Of a stretch of 64,000 nt of DNA, positions 1 to 13,950 are shown piece by piece. Below the pieces are notes generated by a model. That model was not told the DNA's origin and made no database searches. It saw nothing but the letters and a program-made list of their open reading frames with translations. Location: the NCBI GenBank assembly GCA_010909165.1, contig MU008155.1:62001-126000 (forward strand), given 5' to 3'. The position numbers and the translations under genes were made by a program. Each line of letters begins with the position of its first letter. Positions within the stretch are counted from its first letter, which is position 1. The DNA comes from Anthoceros angustus. Its lineage: Eukaryota; Plantae; Anthocerotophyta.

Positions 1-47
1 AGAAATCACCAGGAAGAGACCGCTACCGCCGCCACTCGAGGGCAGCG

Positions 48-77
48 GGAGGAGGAGGAGGAGGAGGAGGAGGAGGA
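48..77 (+). repeat. (GGA)n microsatellite
   Basis: About 10 GGA units. Confidence 0.9.
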
Positions 78-239
78 AGTCGCCTTGACCTAAGGCGGCG
101 GAGGTGCGGAACTGACAAAAAGTGGAGGAGGAAGAGGCGAGATCACCGGCACAGAGGAAGGAGGTCGAGAAGAGGTGTCCAGTGAGGAAGGGTCGCGCCT
201 CCGAGCACGAGTTTTCACGCCGCGAACGCCCGCGACGCT

Positions 240-1850
240 TTGCTTCTCAAAGCGGTGACACCACCTCATCTTCCAAATAAGATAAGGACGACGAGGTCGC
301 CGAGCGGGAATTTCGCTTGGTCGGAGGATTTGGCGGAACGACTCGATCGAATCGCTGGTCAGATTGATCTTTTGGGACGAACTAGAGGGGAGGTCGCTAC
401 TCCTCAAGGATCCCGATTTGTTTCCTGTTACCCCGGCGAGAGGAGTGTTGGTCCAGCGTGGACACTCCGACCGAGCAACATGAGTGGAGTTGGTGGAGGA
501 GGAGGACCGCCCCAACTTCATAGTCGCCAGCAATACGTCAAATTCGGCGAGAAGAAGAAGGGAGATGACGCGGAAGCGTTTGTAAGAACTTTTGAGCATG
601 TCTCCCATGCTAACTTGGAGGATGGAGACGCCGATCGACTACGCATCTTTCCAGGACTGTTGAGAGGGCATGCACAACAGTGGTACGGTCGCACCTATAA
701 TTCGGTGTCGCCGGCGGATTGGGAAGCTCTCAAAGCAGCCTTCCTGAATCGGTTCCGAGGGCTCAGCTATGCACACCACACTTTAGCAAAGCTGAGGACC
801 CTTCGTAGGAAGAAACGAGAATCTTTGTTTGATTATGTGGAGAGGTTTTACGGGTATCTGGATCGAGTTCCGAAATGTGCACCCGAGAGGGAGATCCACC
901 CACTGGTACTCACAAGAGCAAGCTGGATTGGTTTGTGAGTGGCTTGTCTCGAAAATGGAGGTACACCGCAGCGTGGACGAAGACGTTGGGGCCTCCGCTT
1001 ATCCGAGGAATGGGAGTCCGCCGAGTTAGGGAGGAGAAGAAGAAGAGGCGAAGTCATAAGAAGAGGAAGGATCGAGGAGATCTAGCTCCTCGCCTTCCGC
1101 CACCTCCTCCAGCTCCCCGCCCTCATCGAAGCGAGGATAGCGGAACTCAAGAAAGCTCCACATCGGATGAGGAATCGAAGGCCTACGAACGGCGAATAAA
1201 GAAGGACCGGAGAAGGTCAAACGGCGGAAGAAGCGGAACGCGATTGGAGAAGGAGAGGAAGGGAAGACGGTCCGTCGGATGGAGAAGGAGAAACGTCAGG
1301 GGAGGGATTGCGGACAAGTGGAGGCTTTGACCAAGATTGACCGAGTTAGAGGTCAAAGCGTGAAGAATCAAGCTCCACGAAGATCTCCTCACGCAAGGCG
1401 CTTGGTGTATTGCTCAATTTGTCATCAAACGGGACACACCAACCGAGAATGTATTCGCCATACGCGGTAAATCATGTGGAAACCGCCATGCCGGGATTAT
1501 TGGTATGTGGATGAAGCTTATCGTGCAAGCGTCACCGAAGTCGGCCACCTCAATCAATGAGGGCGACTTACCAACCGACTACACCGCCCCTCAAGGTATG
1601 GATCGCGACCGACATCGCCAGACCATGGAGACCATCCATCGCAGGCCGATGGCGATTCCATGGGTGTTGTTACAATTGCGGAGCACCGTGTCACTACTCA
1701 AACGAATGCCCGTAACCACGAAAACAAGTAGGTTATGTACCCTTGTCAAGTATGCAAGGAATTGGGACATAAAATGGGGATCCAGTGCTCGGGGTGGCGC
1801 GAGTGGCACCACCACTGGGAGTCGTTTATGGAACCAGCAGAAGAGGCAAG
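240..1850 (+). pseudogene. gag: gag of element A (capsid domain plus zinc knuckles)
   Basis: DDAEAFVRTFEHVS...RLRIFPGLLRGHAQQWY...DWEALKAAFLNRF capsid motif. Knuckles CSICHQTGHTNREC (~1410-1455) and CQVCKELGH (~1745). Confidence 0.88.
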
Positions 1851-2316
1851 GCCCAACTCAAACCGCGATCACGTGACCACGACACCGGTCAAGGTGGAGG
1901 CGGAGTATGATTCTCGACGGATCCAAAGGTGACATCGTGATCGTGGAAGAGGGTATGAAGGAGAGATGAGTGCGGATGAAGGATTGATGGTGGCCAAGGT
2001 GACCACCGATGCGGCGGGAGAAAGGCCGAGGTACGGAAAAGCATGAGGAAAGGAAGCGGAGGAAGGTGAGGGACGACTCACCTGGCCTCCGAGACGCGCG
2101 CCCAAGCGTGAGGAGGAGGGGGAGGCCCACCCCCAAAGTAGACTTCCGTCACGCATGGGCGGGGACCAAAGGAGAGGGAGGAACGAACCACGCTTCCTCC
2201 CGACATCACCGAGAAGTAGCGATGCCGGAAGATGAGCTAAACAGCTCACCCGATGGAAGACAGTGGCGAAATTATTGATCCGCCGGTATGGGTCCCACCG
2301 ATAGGAGGGATCATGG

Positions 2317-5300
2317 AATCGAAGCTTTACCAATAAGGTCGGAGTCGACCCCCGCAAGCGGGAGGAAACCTTGTCGATAAAATCTCCACCGACGCGTTAC
2401 TTGACCGCGAATTTGTGGTCAGTCTGAGACAGTTGCTTGCGGTGAGTCCGAGATCCCGCAAAATTGTGAAGGAGGCGATCAGGGGAATCCCTGAAGTAGT
2501 AGGAGGGAGAAAGCGGCCGGCGGAGGTAAATGTGGTCGAACTCATTGATTTGGGGGCACCCGAGATTGAGGTTGAAATTGCGGGGTGTTTGGTGCCCGAC
2601 GTGCCATTAGATTCGGGATCAGGAGTCAACTTGATGACGGAGGAGACGGCTCATCAACTCGGGTTCACTGAGTTTCACCCGGCCCGAGTATTTTTACGGA
2701 TGGCCGACAAGGAGAAAGCCACTAGGGGTGCTGAAGGACGTGCCCACTGTAATTGGGGGACTCACCTTCCATCTTACCTACATTGTGATGCGGCCGGTTT
2801 CGGATCTAGGCTATAAGGTTTTGATAGGTAGGCCTTGGTTGTATGGTACTGCGTGCGTTTTTGATTTGGTCGAGTGGCATCACCTTCAAGTCCGAGAGAC
2901 ACTGACCGCGATTGCTTTGTGTCATGGAGTAAGGCCTTATGAGGGGAGTCCAACCCACCGACGGTACACCTCGTAGGGGTAAGCTCCTGCAAAGGATCGA
3001 GCATATCGGGGTCCTCACGAGGTCAAAATAAAGAGTGATTTGGTGTACTGCTTACATATAGAGGAAGTCATAGAAGAATCAAGATGAGGCCCATAGAGAA
3101 GGAGTAGCCTTTTGGAAGGGCAAAGCTTATGATTTAGACTTTCCTAAGAGGGATCCGAACCAAGATAGGCAGCATCAAGGAACTATGTAGATCCGACGCT
3201 GGAGAAGACTTAGAGTTAGAACCTAGCAAGGTAGTCAAGATTTCTAAGTATCTAGGCGGTGGAAAAGGAAGAGTTCGTAGCATGCTTAGGGAGTATGTCG
3301 ATGTGTTTGCCTTCAAGATTACATGACAGAATTCCGGGAACCGGGATACATCGAATTGATTTGAAGGAGGGCAAGACACCGTAAGGATCAAGCAACAGTC
3401 AATCCCAAGTATTCCATGGTTGTTAAGGATCAATCGACCAATACTTGAGGGGGTGATTTATCCGGCTGGAGTGGGTTGCTCCCATCGTGATTGTACCAAG
3501 AAGCAACAGGAAAGGTTCGGTGTGTCAAGATTTCGAAACTTAATGAAGCAACGAAGAAGGATCATCACCTTGCCTTTCATGGACATGTGCTTAGACATGG
3601 CTGGCCGAAATGATGTACAGCTGATGGGTACTGGGTACAATCAAATTTCTGAGGAAGGAGGATCGTGATAAGACAACGCTCACAACCGATTGGGGCACTT
3701 ACGCTATTCCAAGCTCCCTTCGGGTTGTGTAACGCCCCGCCACTTTCAACGAGTGGTGAACGCTATATTCCGAGATTTTCCAAGTTCAAGTATTCCTAGA
3801 TGATTTCGTGTTGGGAGGAACTGCATCTAGATCATTTAAGACAATGTTTCGAGATGCAGAATCGAACTTTACCAATAAGGTCGGAGTCGACCAGCGCTGT
3901 GGCTGCAAGCGGGAGGAAACCTTGTCGATAAAATCTCCACCGACGATTACTTGACCGCGAATTTGTGGTCCTGAGATGCTTGCGTGAGTCCGAGATCCCG
4001 CAAAATTGTGAAGGAGGCGATCGGGGAATCAAGTAGTAGGAGGGAGAAAGGCGGAGGTAAATGTGGTCGAACTCATTGATTTGGGGCACCCGAGATTGAG
4101 GTTGAAATTGCGGGTGTTTGGTGCCCGACGTGCCATTAGATTCGGATCGGAGTCAACTTGATGACGGAGGAGACGGCTCATCAACTTGGGTTCACCGAGT
4201 TTCACCCGCCCGAGTATTTTTACGGATGGCCGACAAGGAGAAAGCCACTGGGGTGCCAAGGACTGTAAATTGGGGACTCACCTTCCATCTTACCTACATT
4301 GTGATGCGCCGCTCGGATTTAGGCTATAAGGTTTTGATAGGTAGGCCTTGGTTGTATGGCACGCGGTGTTTTTGATTTGGTCGAGTGGCATCACCTTCAA
4401 GTCCAGATGACCGGCGATTGCTTTGTGTCATGGAGTAAGGCTCCTTATGAGGGGAGTCTCCACGGTACACCCTGTAGCACGGGGTAAGCTCCTGCAAAGG
4501 ATCGAGCATATCGGGGTCCTCACGAGGTCAAAATAAAGAGTGATTTGGTGTATGCTTACATATAGAGGAAGTCATAGAAGAATCAAGATGAGGCCCATAG
4601 AGAAGGAGTAGCCTTTTGGAAGGGCAAAGCTTATGAGCGAGACTTTCCTAAGAGGGATCCGAACCAAGATAGGCAGGCCCAGGGAACATATGTAGATCCC
4701 GGCCAGAGAAGACTTAGAGTTAGAACCTAGCAAGGTAGTCAAGATTTCTAAGTATCTAGGGATAGAAAAGGAAGAGTTCGTAGCATGCTTAGGGAGTATG
4801 TCGATGTGTTTGCCTTCAAGATTACCGACATGACAGAATACCAAGAACTGGGATACATCGAATTGATTTGAAGGAGGGCAAGACCGTGAGGATCAAGCAA
4901 TAGAATCCCAAGTATTCCATGGTTGTTAAGGATCACCGACCAATACTTGGGGTGGGTGATTTAGCTCACCAAAGGAGTGGGTTGCTCCCATCGTGATTGT
5001 ACCAAGAAGCAAGCAGGAAAGGTTGTGTCAAGATTTCGTGAAACTCAATGAAGCAACGAAGAAGGATCATCACCTTTACCTTTCATGGACAAAGTGTTGA
5101 CAATGGCCAGATGTACAGCTTGATGGGTACTGGTACAATCAAATTTCTGAGGAAGGAGGATCAGATAAGACAACGCTCACAACGATTGAAGGAGGCGATC
5201 GGGGAATCAAGTAGTAGGAGGGAGAAAGCGCCATGGAGGTAAATGTGGTCGAACTCATTGATTTGGGGCACCCGAGATTGAGGTTGAAATTGCGGGTGTT

Positions 5301-6570
5301 TGGTGCCCGACGTGCCATTAGATTCGGATCGAGTCAACTTGATGACGGAGGAGACGGCTCATCAACTCGGGTTCACCGAGTTTCACCCGCCCGAGTATTT
5401 TTACGGATGGCCGACTGCATAAGGAGAAAGCCACTGGGGTGCCAAGGACGTGCCCACTGAATTGGGGACTCACCTTCCATCTTACCTACATTGTGATGCG
5501 GCCGGTTTCGGATCTAGGCTATAAGGTTTTGATAGGTAGGCCTTGGTTGTATGGCGCGGTGTTTTTGATTTGGTCGAGTGGCATCACCTTCAAGTCCAGA
5601 CACGACCGCGATTGCTTTGTGTCATGGAGTAAGGCTCCTTATGAGGGGAGTCCAACCCACCGACGGTACACCCTGTAGCACGGGGTAAGCTCCTGCAAAG
5701 GATCGAGCATATCGGGGTCCTCACGAGGTCAAAATAAAGAGTGATTTGGTGTATACCTGCTTACATATAGAGGAAGTCATAGAAGAGTCCGAGGATGAGG
5801 CCCATAGAGAAGGAGTAGCCTTTTGGAAGGGCAAAGCTTATGAGCGAGACTTTCCTAAGAGGGATCCGAACCAAGATAGGCAGCCGGAGGAACATATGTA
5901 GATCCGACGCGTGGAGAAGACCTAGAGTTAGAACCTAGCAAGGTAGTCAAGATTTTCTAAGTACTAGGCGTGGAAAAGGAAGAGTTCGTAGCATGCTTAG
6001 GGAGTATGTCGATGTGTTTGCCTTCAAGATTACCGACATGACAGAATTAAGAACCGGGATACATCGAATTGATTTGAAGGAGGGCAAGACACCGTAAGGA
6101 TCAAGCAATACCTGAATCCCAAGTATTCCATGGTTGTTAAGGATCAACGACCAATACTTGGAGGGGTGATTTATCCAAGGCTTAAGGAGTGGGTTGCTCC
6201 ATCGTGATTGTACCAAGAAGCAACAGGAAAGGTTCGTGTGTCAAGATTTCGTGAAACTCAATGAAGCAACGAAGAAGGATCATCACCTTTACCTTTCATG
6301 GACAGGTTGACATGGGCCATGAAATGTATGCTTGATGGGTACTGGGTACAATCTGAGGAAGGAGGATCAGATAAGACAACGCTCACAACGGATTGGGAAC
6401 TTACGCTTATTCAAGCTCCCTTCGGGTTGTGTAACGCCCCGCCACTTTCAACGAGTGGTGAACGCGATATTCCGAGATTTCAGGAAGTTCATGGAGGTAT
6501 TCCTAGATGATTGTGGTGTTGGGAGGAACTGCATCTAGATCATTTGAGGCAATGTTTCAGAGATGCAGAA
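2317..6570 (+). repeat. Three tandem near-copies of the PR-to-RT block (2317-3857, 3858-5185, 5186-6570)
   Basis: gaatcgaa(g)ctttaccaataaggtcggagtcgacc recurs at ~2317 and ~3858. tgaaggaggcgatc recurs at ~2467, ~4008 and ~5186. Each copy has different indels. Confidence 0.9.
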
Positions 6571-9000
6571 TCGAACATGAAACTTCATCCGTGGAAGTGT
6601 TATTTTGGCATGACGAGGGTATCCTGTTGGCACATCGAGTTTCAGCGAGGATTGCGTAGATAAGGAGAAGGTAGCATATAGTCGAGATGGACGACACAAA
6701 CGGTGAGGCAAAGTGCTTTTGTAGGGCTGGTAGGATATTACAGAGGTTCATCAAGGATTTCGCCAAGAAGGCAGCCTTGTTGACACAATTGACCAAGAAG
6801 GATACACCTCGAATGGACAAGGCGTGAGGCTTTTCAGAAGGAGCTTGGTGAGCGCCAACGTTACAACCACCGATTGGGAAAAACCGCTTCATGTATACGT
6901 GATGTGTCCGCTATGCCATTGGGACCGTCTTAAGCCGAAGATGAGAAGAAACGGATCATCCGATTTTCTATGCGTAGACCACGACGAAAAGAACTACTCA
7001 ACCACGGAGCGGAGGGTCTTGGTATCATTTACTCGTAAGAAGTTTAGACACTATCCGCTTGCTTGCAAGGTGACGCTTCATGTTGACCATTTTGCTGAAG
7101 TATCTTGTCAACAAGCCGATTTGTCGTGAAGGATTGCCGGTGGGTACTACCGCTGCAAGAGTTTGACTACGAAGAAAACTGTGAAGCAACATCGTAACCG
7201 TGATTTCATTTCTCGAAACCGGAGAGCGACTTGAGCCAGATGACCGATTTCGACGAGGAGTTGGTCGCCACGACTGGTCAAGGAGAAGGACACGAGCATA
7301 ATGAAGACGGCCTAAGAATTGATCAGCAAGTCTTGTTGCAGAGAGGCCAAATGAGCAAGAAGGAGCGCCAGCAGAAAAGCCGCAGCAGGACAACTGGAAA
7401 TCCGAGAGAGATAGGAGGCGCCAGATGGCGAGGAGGAGGCTGAAATGCTCCTCAAGGGTGAGCAGCCGGGGAGCTGCAAGTGGAGGCCACGAGTTGGCAA
7501 CAGGAAGGAGATGCATCCCATGACAAGCTTGAAGAAAACTGCAGAGAAGGAAATGATTCATGGGAAATCACCCATGAGGCACCATGGGGCAACAGGAGGC
7601 CAAGGCGTGAGGCCAGCCGTAAGAAGGCGGCCCATTGTGGAAAAGGAGTATGCGATGAGCCGCAAAACCGGGCATGTGAACCTAGGAGAAGCAAGGAGGC
7701 GGCGGATTTACGGATAGATCCACGCCACTTGGGGCTGCCACCGGACGAAGAGGAGGCGACGTGGCACACGCCTGGGAGGAGGAGATTGAACGCGAGGGGC
7801 GTTCATGCCCGAGATATTTGTTGAATGGGAGGTACGAAATTCTCGGAGCATGGAACCATGCCCGGGTTGTCTGGAAGGGGCGTCTTTCTCCATAAAGCCT
7901 CGCCTCATCGCTGAGGGCGGTGTCCTGCATAAACAAGGTCCGACGATAAAATTCGGAGATGCCTCGACGCTGAAGAAGCTTCACTGCCACGGAGGCATTA
8001 CATGCGTAAGAGGTGGACACTATTCGCACAGTGACCGTTAAGAAGATTTTGAATGCCGTTCGTGGGCTACGATGCAAAAGGATGTGTGGAGTTCACCGAG
8101 GTGTGATGCGTGTCGAGGGTTGGACGGCCTACGTTGTCGACACAATGGCCTCTTACCTACATCTTACCCGCACCTTCGAGAAGTGGGGAATCGATTAGGG
8201 ACCGATCAAACCACCAACGCAATGGACTAAGAAGAAGACATTTTGGTGGCTACGGATTATTGTACAAAGATGGTGGAAGGAAGCAAGGAAGGAAGGATGA
8301 CGACGCAGAGCAAATTTTATTCGAGAACATCATAACGAGGTATGGATGTCCTTTAGAGTTGGTCACATCGGGGACACATTTCCTCAACTCCGTTGAGTCC
8401 CTAACCACCTACTTCAACATTCGCATCGAAGACGACTCTACAACCCAAAGGCAATGGACCGACGGAGAAGACGAATGGGTTGCTCGCACAATCCTCACCA
8501 AGGTAACTGACGCACATGTATGATTGGGATGCTAAGTTGCATTCGCATTGTGGGCCTACAGATCATGGAGAAGATAACCACCAAAGAAGACCCTTATTAT
8601 CTAACATATGGCATGTCACCGTGATGCCCGTGGAATTTGAAGTACCCACCTGGATCATGGAGGATGAACGGATGACCGAGAGGATAGTCGTAGCTAGGTT
8701 AGAAGCTTTCATAGCAGAGGAGCATAGGGAGGATGCTTTAGAAGAAACACATGGATTCGTGAACTCGTAAAAGATCGGCATGATGGGAGGTTGAGGAAGC
8801 AAGAGGCTATCGTGGACGGGATTTGGTTCTTCTATATGATAGTCGATTCTAGACTTTCCAGGAAGCTTAGCTGAGATGGATGGGACCTTACGAGGTGGTC
8901 GCAGATACGAGAATGGATCCGTAACTCCGGTACCGGGCGGCGACCATCCGACAGAGTCAATGGGTGGAAGGTCAAGAAGTACCTCAGAGTACTGTTGTTT
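2415..9000 (+). pseudogene. pol: pol of element A: aspartic protease, RT, RNase H, integrase (frameshifted, PR-RT block triplicated)
   Basis: VPLDSGSGVNLM and YKVLIGRPWLYG (PR). PFGLCNAP and FRKFMEVFLDD (RT). KNYSTTER and KKFRHY (RH). FEKWGID, FENIITRYGCPLELV and VNGWKVKKY (INT). Confidence 0.9.
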
Positions 9001-9489
9001 GCGAGGACGCAAACAGTGAGGTGGGGAGTATGGAACGAAAAGTTTGGGCAACCAGCCCAAAAGAGCCAAGACAAACAAGTTTGATTTTTTTGGCTAGAAC
9101 GATTGAAGAGGAGCATGCCAAGAAATTTTCTCGAGAATCTTGAAGGAGTTGTAGGATATTGTTAGGAAGGCAAAAGGATATCCCAGAGGAAGAACGGGTC
9201 GAAACGACCCGCATTTGCGGTGAGGGCCCAAAGGTTGGTAGGTCGGCAGACATCACCGTAGGTCGCCACACCACGCCGTAGTCGAGAAGGAAGCATCATC
9301 ATGGTAAGCCGCGACTACCGCGGCCGACAAATCTCGCTAAAAAGGAAATTTAGAATAGAGGGGATATCCACTATATATGCTCACCAATAGGGAATAAATA
9401 TATAGTAATTAGAAGCGTTAATTAGGATAGCGGTGATAGGAAAATAGGTAGTTTAGATAGAATTAGGATTTTGGAATGATGAACCCAAT

Positions 9490-12400
9490 CTAGGGTTGTG
9501 CGCCAGTGGCACATCCAAGGAGGCAAAGTGCGCTTTGGGCGCGCTTCTCCACTTCGAAGAACAAGAGCGAGTCGGGCTTGGAGCGTAAACGCAAAAAGGA
9601 AGGAAGATCATCGCCAAGGAGCCGCCATCGCCACGAGCAAGCCGGGAGGAGTGCGCGCGCATCGAGAGGAAACCAACCCAAGAGGAGAAGGAAGGAAAAG
9701 CGGAGGAGCAAGGAGAGAAGCCACGCACCTGCCACCGGAGAGGAAGCGGAGCGAGCGCCAAGGAACAACAAGTGGGTAAGAGAATTGAAGCGGAAGAGCG
9801 AGAAGGAAGCGCCATCGCCACGAGCAAGGAAGAAGGACACGGGAGAGGGCAGCACTGAACGTGTGGCTAACGTGCTGTGTGAAGTGTGTTGCTACCCAAG
9901 GAGAAGTGTTTGGAAGAGAAGGGGAGCACCAAAAAGTAAAGTAATCCTTCCTCACTTGAAAGGAAGCGCCACCATGCCTCGAGGAAAGGCAAGGGAAGGA
10001 GCCGCCAGCAAAGGCTCTCCTCGCGAGAGGAAAGGAAAGGCAAGGGGCTACGCCGCTGTGAGGGGTGAGGTGATGCCCCAATTCACTTGCTTTGCCGGGC
10101 AGCTCAACCCCGAGATTTGGTTGATTTTCAAGGGCGAGGAGGAGAACATCCACTAGGATGGGTGTATGGCCGCCAATGGGCCTACACCAATTTGGAATTG
10201 ATTGAGGAGTGTTACATCAACCTCCATCAATCGCCGCCGCACCTAAAGGAATGCTCGAACGATCCTCGCTGGACCGTAAGCATTCGGCAGTGTATGGAAG
10301 ACCGGAGGAAGAGAGCTCGAATTGCTCTCTCGAAAGGTCGAATGGAGGAAGAGGACAGCCTCCGACATCCCGCAGGAGTTCCTTGACATGATGGATGGAG
10401 GAGTGAAAGCCCACGCCAAGAATGGTGGAAGACCGAGAGCATCAAGGAGTCAAGTGGAGGCTCTTCGCAAAGATTGTTGGGTTGGTAAATTACCAACGCA
10501 CTTTATTTCAAAGACCAACTTCCTCCAATTTTTGTGGAAGATTTCCATGGGAGCCAAGCCGGATTGGGGACTATCATGTATGAGGCCTACATCCACCATC
10601 GAGAGAAGCTCCTCAAGCCAAATTCGGTGGATGAGGAAGGGCCAAGGCCCTACCTTAGCACCTATTTGGTGCATTTATGGGAAACCGAGGACTCTCACAA
10701 GCAAGCTTGAAGATGCATGGCATCCCTTTGAGGTCATCCACCTCCACCGAGGTTGGAAAGGCCTTTGCCTTTGCATTGCAAGGTGGGAGGTCGACCTCCA
10801 CAAGCATGCTAGAAGCAAGAGGAGGCGGAGGCAACAAGGTTGCGGAGTGGGAATCTTTCCCCACAGGGGCAAGCAAGGGAGAGGAAGCGGCCGAGGAAGG
10901 CCGAATGGTGGTCTATGAGAGAAGGACCACAGGAGGGTGTGACCAGGAGTGGGGAGTCCCCACCATCTCCTTTGTGCCTACAGAGAGGCCTTTGAGACCC
11001 AGTGGGGGCAGCCCACTACCAGCGGTAGGCGGGCACCGCCGCCAGAGCAAGCGGCCCTCTGGCGGGGAAGGAAAGGAAGGCGCCGAGGCCACCATCTCCG
11101 CTACTGGGTGGGAGGCGGATGGAGCGGCAGTGAAGGGACCCGCGCCATGGCCCGTGGCAAGTGAGAGCTGGAAATTTCCAGCAAGAAGAGGAGGGTGGAA
11201 TTAGGACCCCTAGGAGAATTGCTTGTGAGCACTGTCGTGTGGATTTGAAGGGGCTAGGGACCTAGCAGCCTCCTTGTGGGCATGCCAAGAGGAAGTGAAA
11301 TCTCAAGACATGGCCGGAAGAAAGGCGAGGACTAAGTGGCAATTGGAGCCATGGAGTCCGATGAAAAGGCAGCCAAATTGGAAAGGTCAGAAGCTCCAAC
11401 GACCTCATAGAACAAGCGCACGGAGAAGGCCCCGAGGAAGTTGTCACAAGTCAAGAAAGAGCCATTCGCAACAAAAAGGATTCTTGGAGGCAAAAGGCGG
11501 AGCATTTTGCCCAAGAGCAAGAGAGGAAAAGCAAAAGAGGCACTAGGAAAGGAGAAGCAAGCAAGCAAGTGGCCGCATGAGCAGTGATGGCTACTCAAGC
11601 TATCAAAATCCGGATATGGGAGAGGAGTTGAGAAGGACCCTTACAATTTGGAAGAGAAGGGGAGCACCAAAAAGTAAAGTAATCCTTCCTCACTTGAAAG
11701 GAAGCGCCACCATGCCTCGAGGAAAGGCAAGGGAAGGAGCCAGCAAGGCTCTCCTCGCGAGAGGAAAGGAAGAGCAGGCTCCGCCGCTGTGAGGGGTGAG
11801 GTGATGCCCCAATTCACTTGCTTTGCCGGGCAGCTCAACCCCGAGATTTGGTTGATTTTCAAGGGCGAGGAGGAGAACATCCACTAGGATGGGTGTATGG
11901 CCGCCAATGGGCCTACACCAATTTGGAATTGATTGAGGAGTGTTACATCAACCTCCATCAATCGCCGCCGCACTAAAGGAATGCTCGAACGATCCTCGCT
12001 GGACCGTAAGCATTCGGCAGTGTATGGAAGACCGGAGGAAGAGAGCTCGAATTGCTCTCTCGAAAGGTCGAATGGAGGGAAGAGGACAGCCTCCGACATC
12101 CCGCAGGAGTTCCTCGACATGATGGATGGAGGAAGGCCCACGCCAAGAATGGTGGAAGACCGAGAGCATCAAGGAGTCAAGTGGAGGCTCTTCGCAAAGA
12201 TTGTTGGGTTGGTAAATTACCAACGCACTTTATTTCAAAGACCAACTTCCTCCAATTTTTGTGGAAGATTTCCATGGGAGCCAAGCCGGATTGGGGACTA
12301 TCATGTATGAGGCCTACATCCACCATCGAGAAGCTCCTCAAGCCAAATTCGTGGATGAGGAAGGGCCAAGGCCTGCTACCTTAGCACCTATTTGGTGCAT

Positions 12401-13950
12401 TTATGGGAAACCGAGGACTTCTCACAAGCAAGGAGCTTGAAGATGCATGGCATCCCTTTGAGGTCATCCACCTCCACCGAGGTTGGAAAGGCCTTTGCCT
12501 TTGCATTGGAAGACGGTGGGAGGTCGACTCCACAAGCATGCTAGAAGCAAGAGGAGAAGATGCGGAGGCAACAAGGTTGCCGGAGTGGGAATCTTTCCCC
12601 ACAGAGCAAGCAAGGGAGAAGAGTGAAGCGGCCGAGAAGGCCGAATGGTGGTCTATGAGAGAAGGACCACAGGAGGGTGATGCCAGAGTGGGGAGTCCCC
12701 ACCATCTCCTTTGTGCCTACAGAGAGGCACACCCCCAGAGGCTACCCCCGGGTAGGGGGGGAAGCTACCGCTGGTAGGCAGACCCCACGCACAAAGAAAT
12801 TTACCATGTGGTGGAAGGGAAGGAGAAGAACGCGAGGTGCCGCGAGCGCGCCGAGGCCACCATCTCCGCTGGTGGGAGAGCGGATGGAGCGACGGAAGGG
12901 ACCAGGCCCGCGATGGCCCGGGGTGAGAGCTGGAAATTTCCAGCAAGAAGAGAGGGGTGGAATTAGGACCCCTAGGAGAATTGCTGGGAGCTTGTGAAGC
13001 ACTCACCGTGGATTTGAAGGGGCTAGGGACCTAGCAGCCTCCTTGTGGGCATGCCAAGAGGAAGTGAAATCTCAAGACATGGCCGGAGGAAGGCAGGACC
13101 AAATGGCAATTGGAGGCCATGGAGTCCGATGAAAAGGCAGCCAAATTGGAAAAGGTCAGGAGAAGCTCCAGCCATGACCTCAGAAGAGCGAGAAGCCCCG
13201 AGGGAAGTTGTCACAAGTCAAGAAAGAGCCATTCGGCAACAACCCAAAAGGATTCTTGGAGGCAAAAGGAAGAGCATTTTGCCCAATTAGAGCAAGAGAG
13301 GAAAAGCAAAAGAGGCACTAGGAAAGGAGAAGCGCTCCAAAGAATGGCCGCACATGAGCAGTGATGGCTACTCAAGCCATCAAAATCCGGATATGGGAGA
13401 GGAGTTGAGAAGGACCCTACAATTTGGAAGAGAAGCGCGAGCGAGAAGCACAAGACCGTGGAGCGGAGAAGATGCTTGGCAAGCGAGAAAGAGGGGCTTG
13501 CCAACAATTAGCGGACTGGAACAAAGGAGGTCTGGAGGAGGAGCGCCACAAGAAGGTGGTGCATGAATGCCGGTAGTGAGGAAGCGATTTTGGCACTATG
13601 CCCTTCGTGCAAAATTGGCCACCAAATAAAGGAAGTGAGGGAGGAGAATGTAACCTCCATGTCAAGGTGGGAGAATTGACCACCTCAAGAGATGCCTACA
13701 AGGTAGGTGTGAGGATGGAGAGTGGCCCACGGAGATTGATGATCTCCAAATGCAATATCACAACTTGGGGCTCACCTCCACAACAGATCTTGAAGGCCAA
13801 CAACGAAGTCTTACTTGGCCAAGAGGAGGACATTGGGTCCTCATGATGATGATGAAGGAGCCGCAACAAGTGCAGCCGAGGCCTCCGATTTTGATGAGGC
13901 CATCAAATGGACTCGAGGAACTGAGGAGTCGAGGTGAAGGAGCCACCGCG
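9490..13950 (+). pseudogene. Extra (env-like, ORF2/3) gene downstream of pol in element A
   Basis: Sense-strand ORF fragments after an AT-rich spacer: a K/R/E-rich N-terminus, WVYGRQWAYTNLELIEECYINL, FLQFLWKISMGAKPDWG and a charged coiled-coil-like C-terminus. Block 9905-11645 is repeated at 11646-13430. Confidence 0.7.
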
